A DNA stretch of 63,781 nt, filler included, from Chiloscyllium plagiosum (taxonomy: Eukaryota), in the NCBI RefSeq assembly GCF_004010195.1. It is 6 parts of one record of this genome, joined end to end, with 100 filler letters (N's around TTAATTAATTAA, not from the genome) between each part and the next. Parts side by side here need not be neighbours in the genome. Positions count along the whole stretch, not along the records: positions 22,253 to 53,394 come from NC_057715.1; 5 more parts are not named here. One strand, written 5' to 3'. The notes under the pieces are model-generated. The model was not told the DNA's origin, made no database searches, and saw nothing but the letters and a program-made list of their open reading frames with translations. Of this stretch, positions 26,294 through 38,417 are shown one piece after another. A program made the position numbers and the translations under genes. Numbering within the stretch: the first letter of the stretch is position 1; each line of letters begins with the position of its first letter.

Positions 26294-28817
26294 TAATTAT
26301 TGGCTCATGGCTACAGGAGCCTGAAAGTAACAATGTAATGTTTAAATGTGTCAAGACTATTATACAACATCAGTAAGCATAGGCACTAATCTGATCTATT
26401 CTCATCAGCATTTGCAAACTGATCTTTTCGATTTTGGTCAAGTGTGCGCTACACAAAACTAACTTTGATTACATTGACAAATTGAGTGCCAAACTCAAAA
26501 AGAATTGAATTATATTGGCTGTCACATACCTTCTAGATCTGGCTAGATAAGCTTTAGACATGTCCATAAATGCAATTCTAAACTCTGTGTTACCTGCTAT
26601 TTATAGGGTTGAGATATTTGACTAATACCACTAAGGACCTTAATTCTTTGAGTGAGAATCCTGCGTGAGTCAAATTTACTGGTAGATCATGATGAAGAGA
26701 AAGTTAGTGAGAATTAACAGAATGCAACCAATGGAGGTTTTTGGAGGAGTGTTCAATCAGTAAGTGAAGGGGGAACTTATCCATAATCCTTGTCATGAGT
26801 TATGAACCACTCTGATAGAGATATTTACTTCTGCTGAGACATGAATGAAAAGACAAGGACTCAGTGGCATTTCACCCACCGATGTTGTTGGATTCCACAC
26901 ATGGAGGGCACACAAAGACTTTTCTGCAAAAAGTAGGGGCACGATTACACAGGAGTGTAGGAAGCTTGTTTTGCAGGGAAGATCAGAATTAAAAAATAAC
27001 AGGCTTAACGTCTTCTGAGTTGCTTATAAGTATCTATTTATTTGTCGCTGGTTACAACGGCTGGCTTGTGCATTTTGCATTCTCTGCTGACTTGCACCTC
27101 ATATGGCACCAGTGATATTTACACATTGGGACTTGTTGATTATAAGCCAGCTTGTGCCCGAAGCTCTGGAAAATCTCCCATACAGATACTAGTAAGTTGA
27201 AAAAGTGAGAAAGCAGGGAAGTAAATACATCACTAGAACTTCTGGGACACTGATGCCCGGTTTTGATCACAGGATGACCCTCATAATTGAGTCCAAAATG
27301 TTAGATTCATGCAAGTGAGAAGAATATCAGTTTACAAGCTGACCATGCAGGATCTAACACCAATAGATAGATTAACCCTGAATAGATAATAAAATCTAGG
27401 AGAGTGGATTTGATTTTGGCTAGGATGCAACAGATCAGATATTGTTAGTGTTTTTGTATTAATGTCATGTTGTATGAGCAACAAAGAAGGGCAATGAAAT
27501 TAAATTATGGTTCTGAAGATATGTCAGTTCATCTATTGCAACTGTACTTGGAAATACTCAAAGTGAGTACCATGAAGTATTTCTAAGCCAACTTTTCTGC
27601 TCTACAATTTGCTCAACCAATTTTCTTGCTTTCCATCATGTGGAACAATCCAAAATGGCATTGATTTTTTTCAACTGTGGGCTTCTTAGCTGTACATTCA
27701 TAAATACTAAGTCACTGCGAGTAGAGCTGTCTGCTTTCAATTTTATTTTATGCACTCATAAAAGCTTATGACAGATGACTTTTGTAATTCAAAAAAATCC
27801 AATTCATTGAAGGTTAAAAGATGTCAGAAACACACTGTGTATTCACTGTAAAACGTTCAAGTAAATGAAGCATAGGGCTACTTTTACAGTGGACAAAATA
27901 ACAAAGAAAGAATTAATCATTATTACCAGGAGAAAATGCTGTATTTGCAGAAATGAAAAACATAGCTATCTACATATCTATACAAAAAAAGACACACAAA
28001 GATTATATTTTCAGCTCATTAGATTTTTTTTCAATGAGAGAATCAAATGAAGTGCTACACTTATACATTTCTATATGACAAGCTTGAAGGCCTGAGGTGT
28101 AATAGCTTTGCTCATTGCATCTAATGCAATCTGGGTAATTTAACCTGAGTTTTATAAATTGCCTAATTCCAGAACCAGCTGATTAAGGCACTATTGAGGA
28201 TTATTTTACCTCAGGAGAGGTTAGAGACTTTGAACACATCTCATCAGCTCGGAATTACTTTTGAATTTTTTGTATATTTGGCATTCTGCTTACAGACACT
28301 GGACTTCTAACAGCTTTTTGCAGGAAAAGACAGAGTTGGTCCTTCTCTTATCTTCAGTGGAGTCTTTTTATATGTGTTTTTCTAATAGAAGAGAAGCAGC
28401 AGCTATAAGTTATTGAGCTGGAAGGTCCGGCAGGCAGATTTACATGAGGGTGCATGTTTTTATTGAATATGTTTCATTAATGGATACTATACATCACTTG
28501 GTTGAAGCTAACAAGATAAACATAGATTGGGCATTGATTAGTTTCTAATATTGAATTATATAAGTCCAAATGGTCAGGGTTCAAATCCCACCTTGCATGG
28601 AGGGCTGTCATGTCATTTCTGATCAGGCTCTTTTAAAAAAACATACTGAGTTGTGTATGCAAAGAAGAACCAACTTGTACATAGTGGGAATGTTTATAGT
28701 GAACATATAACCTCTGTGGAAAGCAACAAACAGTCCCTGTTGATGTTCTAGCCTTGCTGTGTTCTTCAAGAGCAGGTTTGGAGGTCCTCTAACATTGGTA
28801 ACAGAGCATGATTACTG

Positions 28818-28963
28818 AAAGTTAAAAATCACACAACTACCTGATGAAGGAGCGGCGCTCTGAAAGCTAGTGCTTCCAGTTAAACCTGTTGGACTATAAC
28901 CTGGTGTTGTGTATGATTTTAACTTTGTACACCCCAGTCCAACACCGGGCATCTTCAAATCAT
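28818..28963 (+). mobile_element. Short Penelope-like family B insertion with 20-nt inverted tip and hammerhead (28838-28872)
   Basis: aaagttaaaaatcacacaac inverted tip; CTGATGA-a-GGAGC ggc GCTCT-GAAA-GCTA-gtg; catgatta at 28807-28814 and 28961-28968. Confidence 0.8.
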
Positions 28964-29099
28964 GATTATCTAAAAGGAAAGTTTGGAGACCAAGAATGCA
29001 GCAATGATCTAACAACATCAGTGGAACAGCTTAAGAAGTAGGAGACCTTGCAACAGGGAAACTCCAACAGATACCACCACGCTCAATGGTGATTTGCCA

Positions 29100-29470
29100 A
29101 AGAAGGCTAAAGATAGAGCTTAATAGCTGGAAAGAGTTCAGTGTCAGGTCAAGGAACAGCCAGAATTCTACCACAAATGGATATATATAGAGAAAGTAGT
29201 TGTCAACAGTGCTTAAATAGGTAAGGCCTGGCTTGTAGCTTGGTGATTTAAGGAACTTAAAGGCGGTGAAAATGAACTCGATAACATCAACAAAAGTGAG
29301 TTTGTGGATTTGTCTACCATTATTAGGATACGCTCATAGGTATGTAAGCCTATTGATATCAAAGCAGCAATTTTGCATTTGGAACAATTCCAAAGAAAAG
29401 TATATTTAATGCTTCCAAAAGAAACTGGAGATATAGAAAGAAAATTCTAAAAGCTAAAGTGGCTGTGTCT
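29100..29470 (+). mobile_element. Copia-superfamily reverse transcriptase fossil
   Basis: KAWLVAW*FKE (cf. KARLVARGF) at 29223, IDIKAAILHLEQFQRKVYLMLPKE at 29352, ELNSWK near 29115. Confidence 0.7.
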
Positions 29471-29536
29471 ACTCGTTAAGCGTATTTTGGATATAGTACT
29501 TTTCAGTTCATTTGGTCCCACTAAGATCTAAAACTA

Positions 29537-29690
29537 AAACAAAGAACTACAAATTCTGAAAATCTGTAAAAGAAACAGAAATAGAAATTGCTGGAGAAGC
29601 TCAGCAGGTCTGGCAGCATCTGTGGAGAGAACAATACAGTTAATGTTCTGAGTCCAATGACCCTTCATTAGAAGTGACCCTTCATTAGGA
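29537..29690 (-). mobile_element. Penelope-like pLTR (family C) with degenerate hammerhead
   Basis: Reverse complement ctaatgaagggtcattggactcagaacattaac...gatgctgccagacctgctgag. Related pieces lie at 42815-42915 and 58933-59005. Confidence 0.6.
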
Positions 29691-30029
29691 GAGCTAGCAA
29701 ATCCATTACTTTTGGCATCACAGCAAGGTAGTGCCATGCACTTTTACATGGTAGTTGGATTCTCTGATGTCTAAAGTGCAAATTGATCTCAAAGAACACA
29801 CACTCAATATCCCAACATGAGGAGTTTTGGCTCCCTCCACTTTCAGAAAGTATTAGCAATTTCCAGATGATCCTTGTGTTTACATCTATTGCACAAGAGG
29901 ATTTTAGTCCTGCATGGGTATGGGTTATCAACAAATAATTATCTCAAAAATTCTTGTAATTTCTTTTTTAAAAAAATCTGATGATCACCTTAAATACACA
30001 TGTTCTAAAGATCAGCTCATCTGCCAATG

Positions 30030-30380
30030 GAAATTTGGGGAATGAAGTGATGGTTAGTAGGTTGGGCCTGTGCTCTTTTGGATAAGTGGATATCGCATTG
30101 AAACTTATAGGATTTTTAGGGGGATTGACAGGGTAGATACAGACAGGTGGTTTTTCCTGGTGAGAAAGCGTCAAAACAGAGAACATAATCTCAGGGAGTA
30201 ATGGATCAACCAGTTAAGACAAAGATAAGGAAGAGTTACCTTTCTCAGAGTATAGTGAATCTGTGGATTTCTTTACTGCAGAGGGCTGTAGAGACTGGGT
30301 CATTTAGTTGTTGCAGATAGATAAATTTACAATCAGTAACCAAAGAATATATGGAAAAGATAAGAAAGTGACTTTAAGGA
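30030..30380 (+). mobile_element. Old CR1 3' fragment
   Basis: Decayed ttgaaacttataggattttagggggattgacagggtagat...gtgaatctgtgg. Confidence 0.55.
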
Positions 30381-30485
30381 TTATCACAGATGTGGTATGA
30401 CACAAAATGAATCTTTACTGCTTCATGAGACCAGATCAGTCACAATCTCACTGAACAGCAGAACAAACTCAATGGTCTTCTTCCA

Positions 30486-32045
30486 CATACTAGAGAAGGT
30501 GCAAAACTTGACCTACTCTTGGGAAATAAGGCAGGGCAGGTGACTGAGGTATCAGTGGGGGAGCACTTTGGGGCCAGCGACCATAATTCTATTCATTTTA
30601 AAATAGTGATGGAAAAGGATAGACCAGATCTAAAAGTTGAAGTTCTAAATTGGAGAAAGGCCAATTTTGACGGTATTAGGCAAGAACTTTTGCGCTTTTC
30701 CAGCAACACATTTTCAGCTCTGATCTCCAGCATCTGCAGTCCTCACTTTCTCCTGAGTGAATCCTTAGAAGAGTATAAAGGAAGTAGGAGTATACTTAAG
30801 AGGGAAATCAGGAGGGCAAAACGGGGACATCAGATAGTGTTGGCAAAAAGAATTAAGGAGAATGCAAAGGGTTTTTACAAATATATTAAGGACAAAAGGG
30901 TAAATAGGGAGAGAATAGGGCCCCTCAAAGATCAGCAAGGCGGCCTTTGTGTGGAGCCACAGAAAATGGGGGAGATACTAAATGAATATTTTGCATCAGT
31001 ATTTACTGTGGAAAAGGATATGGAAGATATAAACTGTAGTGAAATAGACGGTGACATCTTGCAAAATGTCCAGATTACAGAGGAGGAAGTGCTGGTCGTC
31101 TTGAAACAGTTAAAGGTGAATAAATCCCAGGACCTGATCCCGAGACCTCTGTGGGAAGCTAGAGAAGTGATTGCTGGGCCTCTTGCTGAGATATTTGTAT
31201 CATCGATAGTCACAGGTGAGGTGCTAGAAGACTGGAGGTTGGCAAACATGGTGCCACTGTTAAAGAAAGGCAGTAAAGACAAGCCAGGGAACTATAGACC
31301 AGTGAGCCTGACCTTGGTGGTGGGCAAATTGTTGGAGGGAATCCTGAGGGACAGGATGTACATGTATTTGGAAAGGCAAGGACTGATTCGAGATAGTCAA
31401 CATGGCTTTGTGCGTGGGAAATCATGTCTCACAAACTTGATTGAGTTTTTTGATGAAGTAACAAAGAAGATTGATGATGGCACCAAGTGGTAGATGTGAT
31501 CTATATGGACTTTAGTAAGGTGTTCGACATGGTTCCCCATGGGAGACTGATTAGCAAGGTTAGATCTCATGGAATACAGGGAGAACTAGCCATTTAGATA
31601 CAGAACTGGCTCAAATGTAGAAGACAGAGGGTGGTGGTGGAGGGTTGTTTATCAGACTGGAGGCCTGTGACCAGTGGAGTGCCATAAGGATCGGTGCTGG
31701 ACCTCTACTTTTTGTCATTTACATAAATGATTTGGATGCGAGCATAAGAGTACAGTTAGTAAGTTTGCAGATGACATTAAAATTGGAGAGTGAAGAGGGT
31801 TACCTCAGATTACAACAGGATCTGGACCAGATGGACCAATGGGCTGAGAAGTGGCAGATGGAGATTAATTGCGGCTGTACAGGACATTGGTTAGGCCACT
31901 GTTGGAATAGTGTGTGCAATTCTGGTCTCCTTCCCATCGGAAAGATGTTGTGAAACTTGAAAGGGTTCAGAAAAGATTTACAAGGATGTTGCCAGGGTTG
32001 GAGGATTTGAGCTATAGGGAGAGGCTGAACAGGCAGGGGCTGCTG
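30486..32045 (+). mobile_element. CR1 ORF2 (APE end plus RT), frameshifted and internally deleted
   Basis: ORF 30519-31493 has SDHN, PLLKKG, NYRPVSLT and QHGFVRGKSCLTNL; LFVIYINDLD follows. Confidence 0.95.
30691..30754 (+). mobile_element. Penelope-like family A pLTR tail embedded in frame in CR1 ORF2
   Basis: tgcgcttttccagcaacacattttcagctctgatctccagcatctgcagtcctcactttc matches 16450-16509. Confidence 0.85.
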
Positions 32046-32071
32046 GTTGCCTAGTCGGTGAGGCAGCTTTT

Positions 32072-32380
32072 TAGATTAGATTACTTACAGTGTGGAAACA
32101 GGCCCTTCGGCTCAACAAGTCCACACCGACGCGCAACCCACCCAGACCCATTGCCCTACATTTACCCCTTCACCTAACACTATGGGCAATTTAGCACAGC
32201 CAATTCACCTGACCTACACATCTTTGGATTGTGGGAGGAAACCGGAGCACCCGGAGGAAACCCACGCAGACACGGGGAGAATGTGTAAACTCCACAGACA
32301 GTCGCCTGAGGTGGGAATTGAACCCGGATCTCTCTGGCACTGTGAGGCCACAGTGCTAACCACTGTGCCACCGTGCCACC
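32072..32380 (-). mobile_element. HE1-type V-SINE, full length
   Basis: tRNA-like head, V domain and (AATCT)n tail on the minus strand. Confidence 0.93.
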
Positions 32381-32548
32381 CAGTTTTGACACAAGCCACC
32401 AAATGTTAGTAAGCATGACAGAGCTGAATTTGTTCTTGCTGTTTCCAACCTTTATGGTTTGATTTTCAGTAGTCTATTCACTTTCATTTTTTGCCTTGAG
32501 AGTTTTTTTTTAGCAGTTTGCTTGAGTGAGTGGCTTGTTAGTCATTTC

Positions 32549-32907
32549 CATAGAATCCATAGAATCCCTCCCGTGTGAAGACAGGCCAATTGGCCCAATA
32601 AGTCCATACTGTCCCTCCAAAGAGCATCCCACCTAGATTCATCCTCCTACCCTACCCTTGTAACCCTGCATTTTCACTGGCTAATGCACTTAACCTACAC
32701 ATCCCTGAACACTATGGGTAATTTAGCATTATTCCTGGTGAAGGGCTTTTGTCCGAAACGTCGATTTTGCTGCTCGTCGGATGCTGCCTGAATTGCTGTG
32801 CTCTTCCAGCACCACTGATCCAGAATCTGGTTTCCAGCATCTGCAGTCATTGTTTTTACCTCGTAATTTAGCATGGCCAATCCACCTAACTTGTACATCT
32901 TTGGACT
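32549..32907 (-). mobile_element. V-SINE 3' half (GATTCTAT-tail subfamily), split by a Penelope-like insertion
   Basis: atagaatccct tail; gcatggccaatccacctaac body. Confidence 0.85.
32730..32862 (+). mobile_element. 133-bp hammerhead-bearing family A insertion with 12-bp TSD
   Basis: gtaatttagcat at 32718-32729 and 32863-32874; CTGGTGA-a-GGGC tttt GTCC-GAAA-CGTC. Confidence 0.88.
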
Positions 32908-32929
32908 TCAGACTTTCAAAGGAGAGTTA

Positions 32930-33175
32930 AGAGGCATTGCTCTGTGCTTGGATTGACATGTACGCCGAACAAGGTAAGGACAGCAGATTTCCTTCCCAAA
33001 AAGGCATTAGTAAAACATTAGTCAGTTTTACAAAAATCATGGTTACATGGGCGTCAATCAGTTTTTAATCCCAGATTTATTATTTTAATTCAAATTTCAT
33101 TATCTGACATTGTGGGAATTAAACCTGAGCATTACTTAGATGTTAGAATAACTAATCTAATGACAATATCATTTT
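32930..33175 (-). mobile_element. Old SINE
   Basis: aaggacagcagatttccttccc..ggcattagt motif, also seen at about 13440-13520 and 3005-3146. Confidence 0.5.
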
Positions 33176-33813
33176 GTCATTGTCTTCCCCATTTTGGTAT
33201 CCATTCAATTCTTACAAGGTAAACCAACGTAGTGTTCAGTATAGGCGCCAGAAACTAAAGGTCCTTGCCAACACTGTGGAACAAACAAAAAAAATCACAG
33301 GCACAAACAAAACTAAATATTTTATTGTACAACAATACGCTTCACTCAGAAAATATATTGATGTGTAACACAGCAAGTAAAGCAAAGTGTTACCCATGCA
33401 AAGAGGTAAAAGAGGTTGAACATTCTTCAGTAGAATACAATTTCTAAGTTTCCCTGGGAACACTTGCTGAAACATTTGGCATGCAGACTTTATTTTGATG
33501 GGCATTTCACAAATTTCAATTTAGGCATGAGAGCACATTTTATAATCAAATCTGTATAATCTATGATCTAATCGCAAATCATGTTTTACAAAACATGGTT
33601 TACAACTTACAGAAGTTCAATTGCCTGGTCCAGGGTTATTGTACGTAACATTTAATAATTGCTACAAGCAATTTTCAAACATAAGAGAGACCAAATTATA
33701 GACAATCTATTACATTGCATAACCAGAAATTCCTAACCTGGGATGCACTGACTTCAATCTTATTTAAAAGCAAGGACAGGCTAAACAAACAAAAAAATCA
33801 AGGAAAAACAGTT

Positions 33814-34481
33814 ATAGAGTCATAGAGATGTACAGCATGGAAACAGACCCATGAGTCCAACCCTTCCATGTTGACCAGATATCCCGACCCAATCTAGTCC
33901 CACCTTCCAGCATCCGGCCCATATCCCTCCAAACCCTTCCTATTCATATACCCATCCAAATGCCTCTTAAATGTTGCAATTGTACCAGCCTCCACCACAT
34001 CCTCTGGCAGCCCATTCCATACACGTACCACCCTCTGTGTGAAAAGGTTGCCCCATAGGTCTCTTTTATATCTTTCCCCTCTCACCCTAAACCTATGCCC
34101 TCTAGTTCTGAACTCCCCAACCCCAGGGAAAAGACTTTGCCTATTTACTCTATCCATGCCCCTCATAATGTTGTAAACCTCCATAAGGTCACCTCTCAGC
34201 CTCCGACGATATCCAGCGATACGTGAATTCAAACAGCCAAGGCAGTAACTGTGCAGGTTCTCTCTCTCTCATGCAATGACCTCACCATATGCTTCCTTTG
34301 TTTGTTCTTCTCCCTTTTAGAACTGCTGTTGTTTTGACTTGCAATGCAACAGCATATAAAACAATAATTGCTGCTCCTGGAATTCGAGGAAATCATCTCC
34401 AGCATCTAAAATACCTCAAAAAAGGAGTAGCTGTTGTAGCCAGAAATCTTTCCTATCCTCCATCTTGGATTATCCAGAATT
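33814..34481 (-). mobile_element. Internally deleted CR1: 5' UTR (34481-34209) joined to the 3' end (34208-33814)
   Basis: The UTR matches 3495-3808. The 3' part reads RRLRGDLMEVYNIMRG...TRGHRF and ends in an ATGACTCT tail. Confidence 0.85.
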
Positions 34482-34648
34482 CTTTGACACCCAGTAAAAA
34501 AAGAAGTAACAGGCTCTGTAAGCTCATGGTTGAAAGTGAACCAAAAGCAAGATCTCCTGTAAATCCTTTGGAATAAGAAATATGCTTCATGCCATCAATG
34601 AAATGAAAATCTGTAACTATATTAGCTGCATGAAAATGTTATCCACAA

Positions 34649-34988
34649 TGCCACGGTAGCTCAGTGGTTAGCACAGCTGCCTTATAGTGCCAGGGACCAG
34701 GGTTTGATTCTACCCATGGGTGACTATCTGTGTAGAGTTTCCACATTCTCCATTCTGTGTGGGTTTCCTCTGGGTGCTCTGGTTTCTTCCTACAGACCAA
34801 AGATGTGCCGGTTAAATGGACTGGCCATGCTAAATTGCCCATAGTGGCTAGGGATGTGCTAACTAGATGTATTAGCCATGGGAAATGTGGGGTTGCAGGG
34901 AGAAGATGTGTCTGGTGGGATGCTGTTTGGAGGGTTGTTGTGGACTCGATGGGCTGAATGGTCTGGTTTCAAACTGTGGTGATTCTAC
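34649..34988 (+). mobile_element. V-SINE, older copy
   Basis: ggtagctcagtggttagcac head, V domain, gattcta tail. Confidence 0.85.
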
Positions 34989-36435
34989 TGCCAACACTAA
35001 AGACAATGGAGATTCCAAATGTCAAGAAGAAAGGCAAACAAAGAGCCAACAAATTTTTAAAAAGCCCACTCACAAGAATTGAGGCACTTGCATCTGAGAG
35101 GAGTCTTATTGTAGCAAATAGTTATGACAAATCCAAATCACATATTAGATGTAGAGGTGAGGAGGAAAGGACAAGTTCAAGCAGAATATTGAATCTCCTT
35201 ACCTTCCAAAGCAGAATTCTTAACAAAACCATAATGGATATCACATCAAGGATCGAGGAATCTGGAGGTGAAACAATTCTGGAAGTGAACAAATTAGTTT
35301 CATCATTCATTCAATTATTGATGGTAAACCAAATTCCAAACTAGTCAACAAGTTGAAGTAATAAATTTACCTTCTTCAGCATAGATCTACAGGCAGCTAT
35401 CTACAAATTGATGATGCATGCATACAATTACAGCAAATACTAAAAGACAAACAATATCTAAGCATTGAGGATACTGTAAAGTATAAGTGCCTGATCTAAT
35501 GGGGATAATGTGCTCCCCTCAGAAATACAATGCACTCCCATTCAGAAGAGACTGTAGACTATCAGGAAAAAGTCCAAGACCTTCTCCATAGCAAATCATA
35601 GTTTTCCCAAACCTTAGAATAACGCATCTGGGGAGATAAGCAAAATTGTCGAATTGATTGAATTTGTGTAGCCCTGTATTGTCTTTTCGAACACATATTA
35701 GAATGTGTTTGTTGCGTCCTGTGCCTCTTGAAGAGGAGTAATATCATCTGCTAAACTAAATTTCTGTGCATAAGAGTACTTATTTGTTTAGCATCCGACT
35801 TAGTATTCAGTTTGGAAGCAGACATATACGTCAATAATTGTTTTCTCCAGGATGTTCAATTTTGTGTTTGATTTGACTCATTTCTGAAATTGCATTTTCA
35901 CGGCAATACTATTTCTTGACTTCCAAACATAATTAGGTATTTTATCTTCTTTAAAGACCTTTTTTTTTGGATTGATGGTTCTCCCAAAGCAATACTGAAT
36001 GATTTTATGTGTTCTTTGTGATTTTAATGGAGGATACCTGTGCTTGTTCAGCTATAATGGAGGATTCTTGAACTTCACAGAGTGCAATGGACTCTCTTGA
36101 AAATATTTCTGTGTCAGACCAGAATTGTTCATTTCCTTAAAATTGCTCAACACTTATCTACTTTAAATGACCAGGTTCACAGTTTCCCGAGACCTCTTGG
36201 ATCGTGCAAGTTCATTTCTTGGTCCTGTTAATTCATTCTTTTTCCAATAGTGCCTCAGAGTATCTCTGCACTATGGTGATAATGCCCAATCTGAGCTGCA
36301 ATTTGTTTTAAGTTCTCACCCTTCCAGTTTGAATAACTACATCATTTAAAATCTCTTCTTTGTACAATAGATTTTTATTTTAGTTTTGACTCAGGCAATC
36401 TCCAATGTCTTGTTGCTTACTGGCTGAATTCAAAG

Positions 36436-36733
36436 TGGGCGGCACGGTGGCACAGTGGTTAGCACTGCTGCCTCACAGCGCCAGAGACCCGGATTCAATT
36501 CCCGCCTTAGACGACTGACTGTGTGGAGTTTGCACATTTTCCCTGTAGGTTTCCTCCGGGTGCTCCGGTTTCCTCCCACAGTCCAAAGATTTGCAGGTCA
36601 GGTGAATTGGCCATGCTACCGTAGTGTTAGGTAAGAGGTAAATGTAGGGGTATGGGTGGGTTCGCTTCGGCGGGTCGGTGTGGACTTGTTGGGCCGAAGG
36701 GCCTGTTTCCACACTGTAAAGTAACCTAATCTA
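36436..36733 (+). mobile_element. HE1-type V-SINE
   Basis: Head, V domain and taatct tail. Confidence 0.93.
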
Positions 36734-37708
36734 AAAAAGTCAGGATTGTTCCCACGTACCACTGTCTTGTAATGTAGCCTACACAATGTCTTCCAAAGAC
36801 AGATTTCTTCTTCTCTTGTAGATCTCCCATCAGGTCTGAAATACATCTGTGTCATCCTTTTAAGTATACTTTACTTTGAGTATTGCAGTGAGGTAGTTTC
36901 GGGATTTGCTTTCCTCAGCAATTCGGAGTATTTATTTTCATTAAGTCTCTAGTTTCTCAGCATGTTTGCCCCATTGGGACAGGTGCTGCAAAATAATATC
37001 TTCAAATGCCAGGCAGACCACTATTTTACATTGCTGCTATTCGTATCTTCCAAGTGTGAGGTTCTTTAGGAGTTTAGGTGCTCCAGCATGTGAGAATTTC
37101 CATCTTCTGGTCTGATAGGAAAAGCATTGTAGAGTAAGCAAAATGTAGTTTATTGCATCTCTGCAATTAATCATAAGTTATGACAATAGACTCTACATTA
37201 CTACAAAGACTGTGGAGAGTACCTAGGCTTAGGTTTGCCTCCCATAATATCCTATTGTCAATTGTGGTCAGTTGACTGATGACCTCCAGGATTGTTATGG
37301 AATATTGACATCTTGTCCTGACATAAATAAAAACTCAAAGCCTAGCTGCACTTTGCAATTTGCAAACTGTAGAACTGAAACAGACAGTATTCATGCAGCA
37401 ATTTTGGACAATCAACTTCCTGTTGAAACCAGACAGACCTGAGCTGCCTGGTGAGTTGTTAACAACTACGTTGTTTCAGAATGACCTGTTGTTTACACCT
37501 CCAGTGAACTTACTTACTTAAAAGAATGCTACACAGACTTGGTAGCACCCATCTCAGCAGGAGTTCAGACAGCATAACATGACAACTGCAGAAGTTGACA
37601 ATTGAAGGCTCAAAACTATGTTCTGTGCCCTCCAAATATGTAAAGTATTCACTTTTATGGATCTTTCTACTCCCAACTGATGATAGTATTGGACACAGGC
37701 CACTGAAT

Positions 37709-37830
37709 CTTCTAAAAGGGTGCAAAGAGAAGGATAAAAGCAGCAACTTAGAGCCCCAGCTCTCTTTGATTTTGCATCCATTTTAAAAGCATCTCCAGAC
37801 AGCACCTTCAACTGGGGACAGAGCTGTACA
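37709..37830 (+). repeat. ~120 bp dispersed direct repeat, second copy at 39301-39419
   Basis: cttctaaaaggg...ttttaaaagcatctccagacagca.cttcaactggg.aca.agctgtacag in both copies. Confidence 0.85.
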
Positions 37831-38115
37831 GCATCTACAGTTCCTTATACCTTGGGATTGACCAGACCCAGAAAGACCACCTTAGTAAGACCATCCAAAG
37901 ACCAGAAACAGCTCTAGAGAAGAGGGGAAGCTCACATCGATGACTGCAGATCCTGAAACATCAGCCAACACTCAAAGACTAGGGAATAGCCTGTTCCAAC
38001 CTTATCGAAAGTAATTACCAGTCCTTTCAGACAAGCAGTTTGAATATGGTTTAAGGGACCTGTAGATAGTCTGTAGAAAATCCCCAAAAATGCATGTCAG
38101 AAGAAACAGCTACTT

Positions 38116-38417
38116 GTGGGCGGCACGGTGGTTAGCACTGCTGCCTCACACCACCAGAGACCCGGGTTCAATTCCCGCCTCAGGCGACTGACTGTATGGA
38201 GTTTGCACATTCTCCCCATGTCTGCGTGGGTTTCCTCTGGGTGCTCCGGTTTCCTCCCACAGTCCAAAGATGTGCAGGCCAGGTGAATTGGCCATGCTAA
38301 ATTGCCCGTATTGTTAGGTGTAGGGGAATGGGTCTGGGTGGGTGCGCTTCGGCGGGTCGGTGTGGACTTGTTGGGCCAAAGGGCCTCTTTCCACAATGTA
38401 AGTAATCTAATCTAAAT
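38116..38417 (+). mobile_element. HE1-type V-SINE with 8-bp TSD
   Basis: agctactt at 38108-38115 and 38418-38425. Confidence 0.93.

Noticed and set aside
26936..27180. Possible Harbinger-like MITE ends (ggggc...aatctccc), with similar starts at 6168 and 56048
   Set aside because: The terminal repeats are too degenerate and no TSD could be verified.
34958..37300. 128-aa ORF and possible retroelement gag remnants
   Set aside because: No motif I can identify with confidence.
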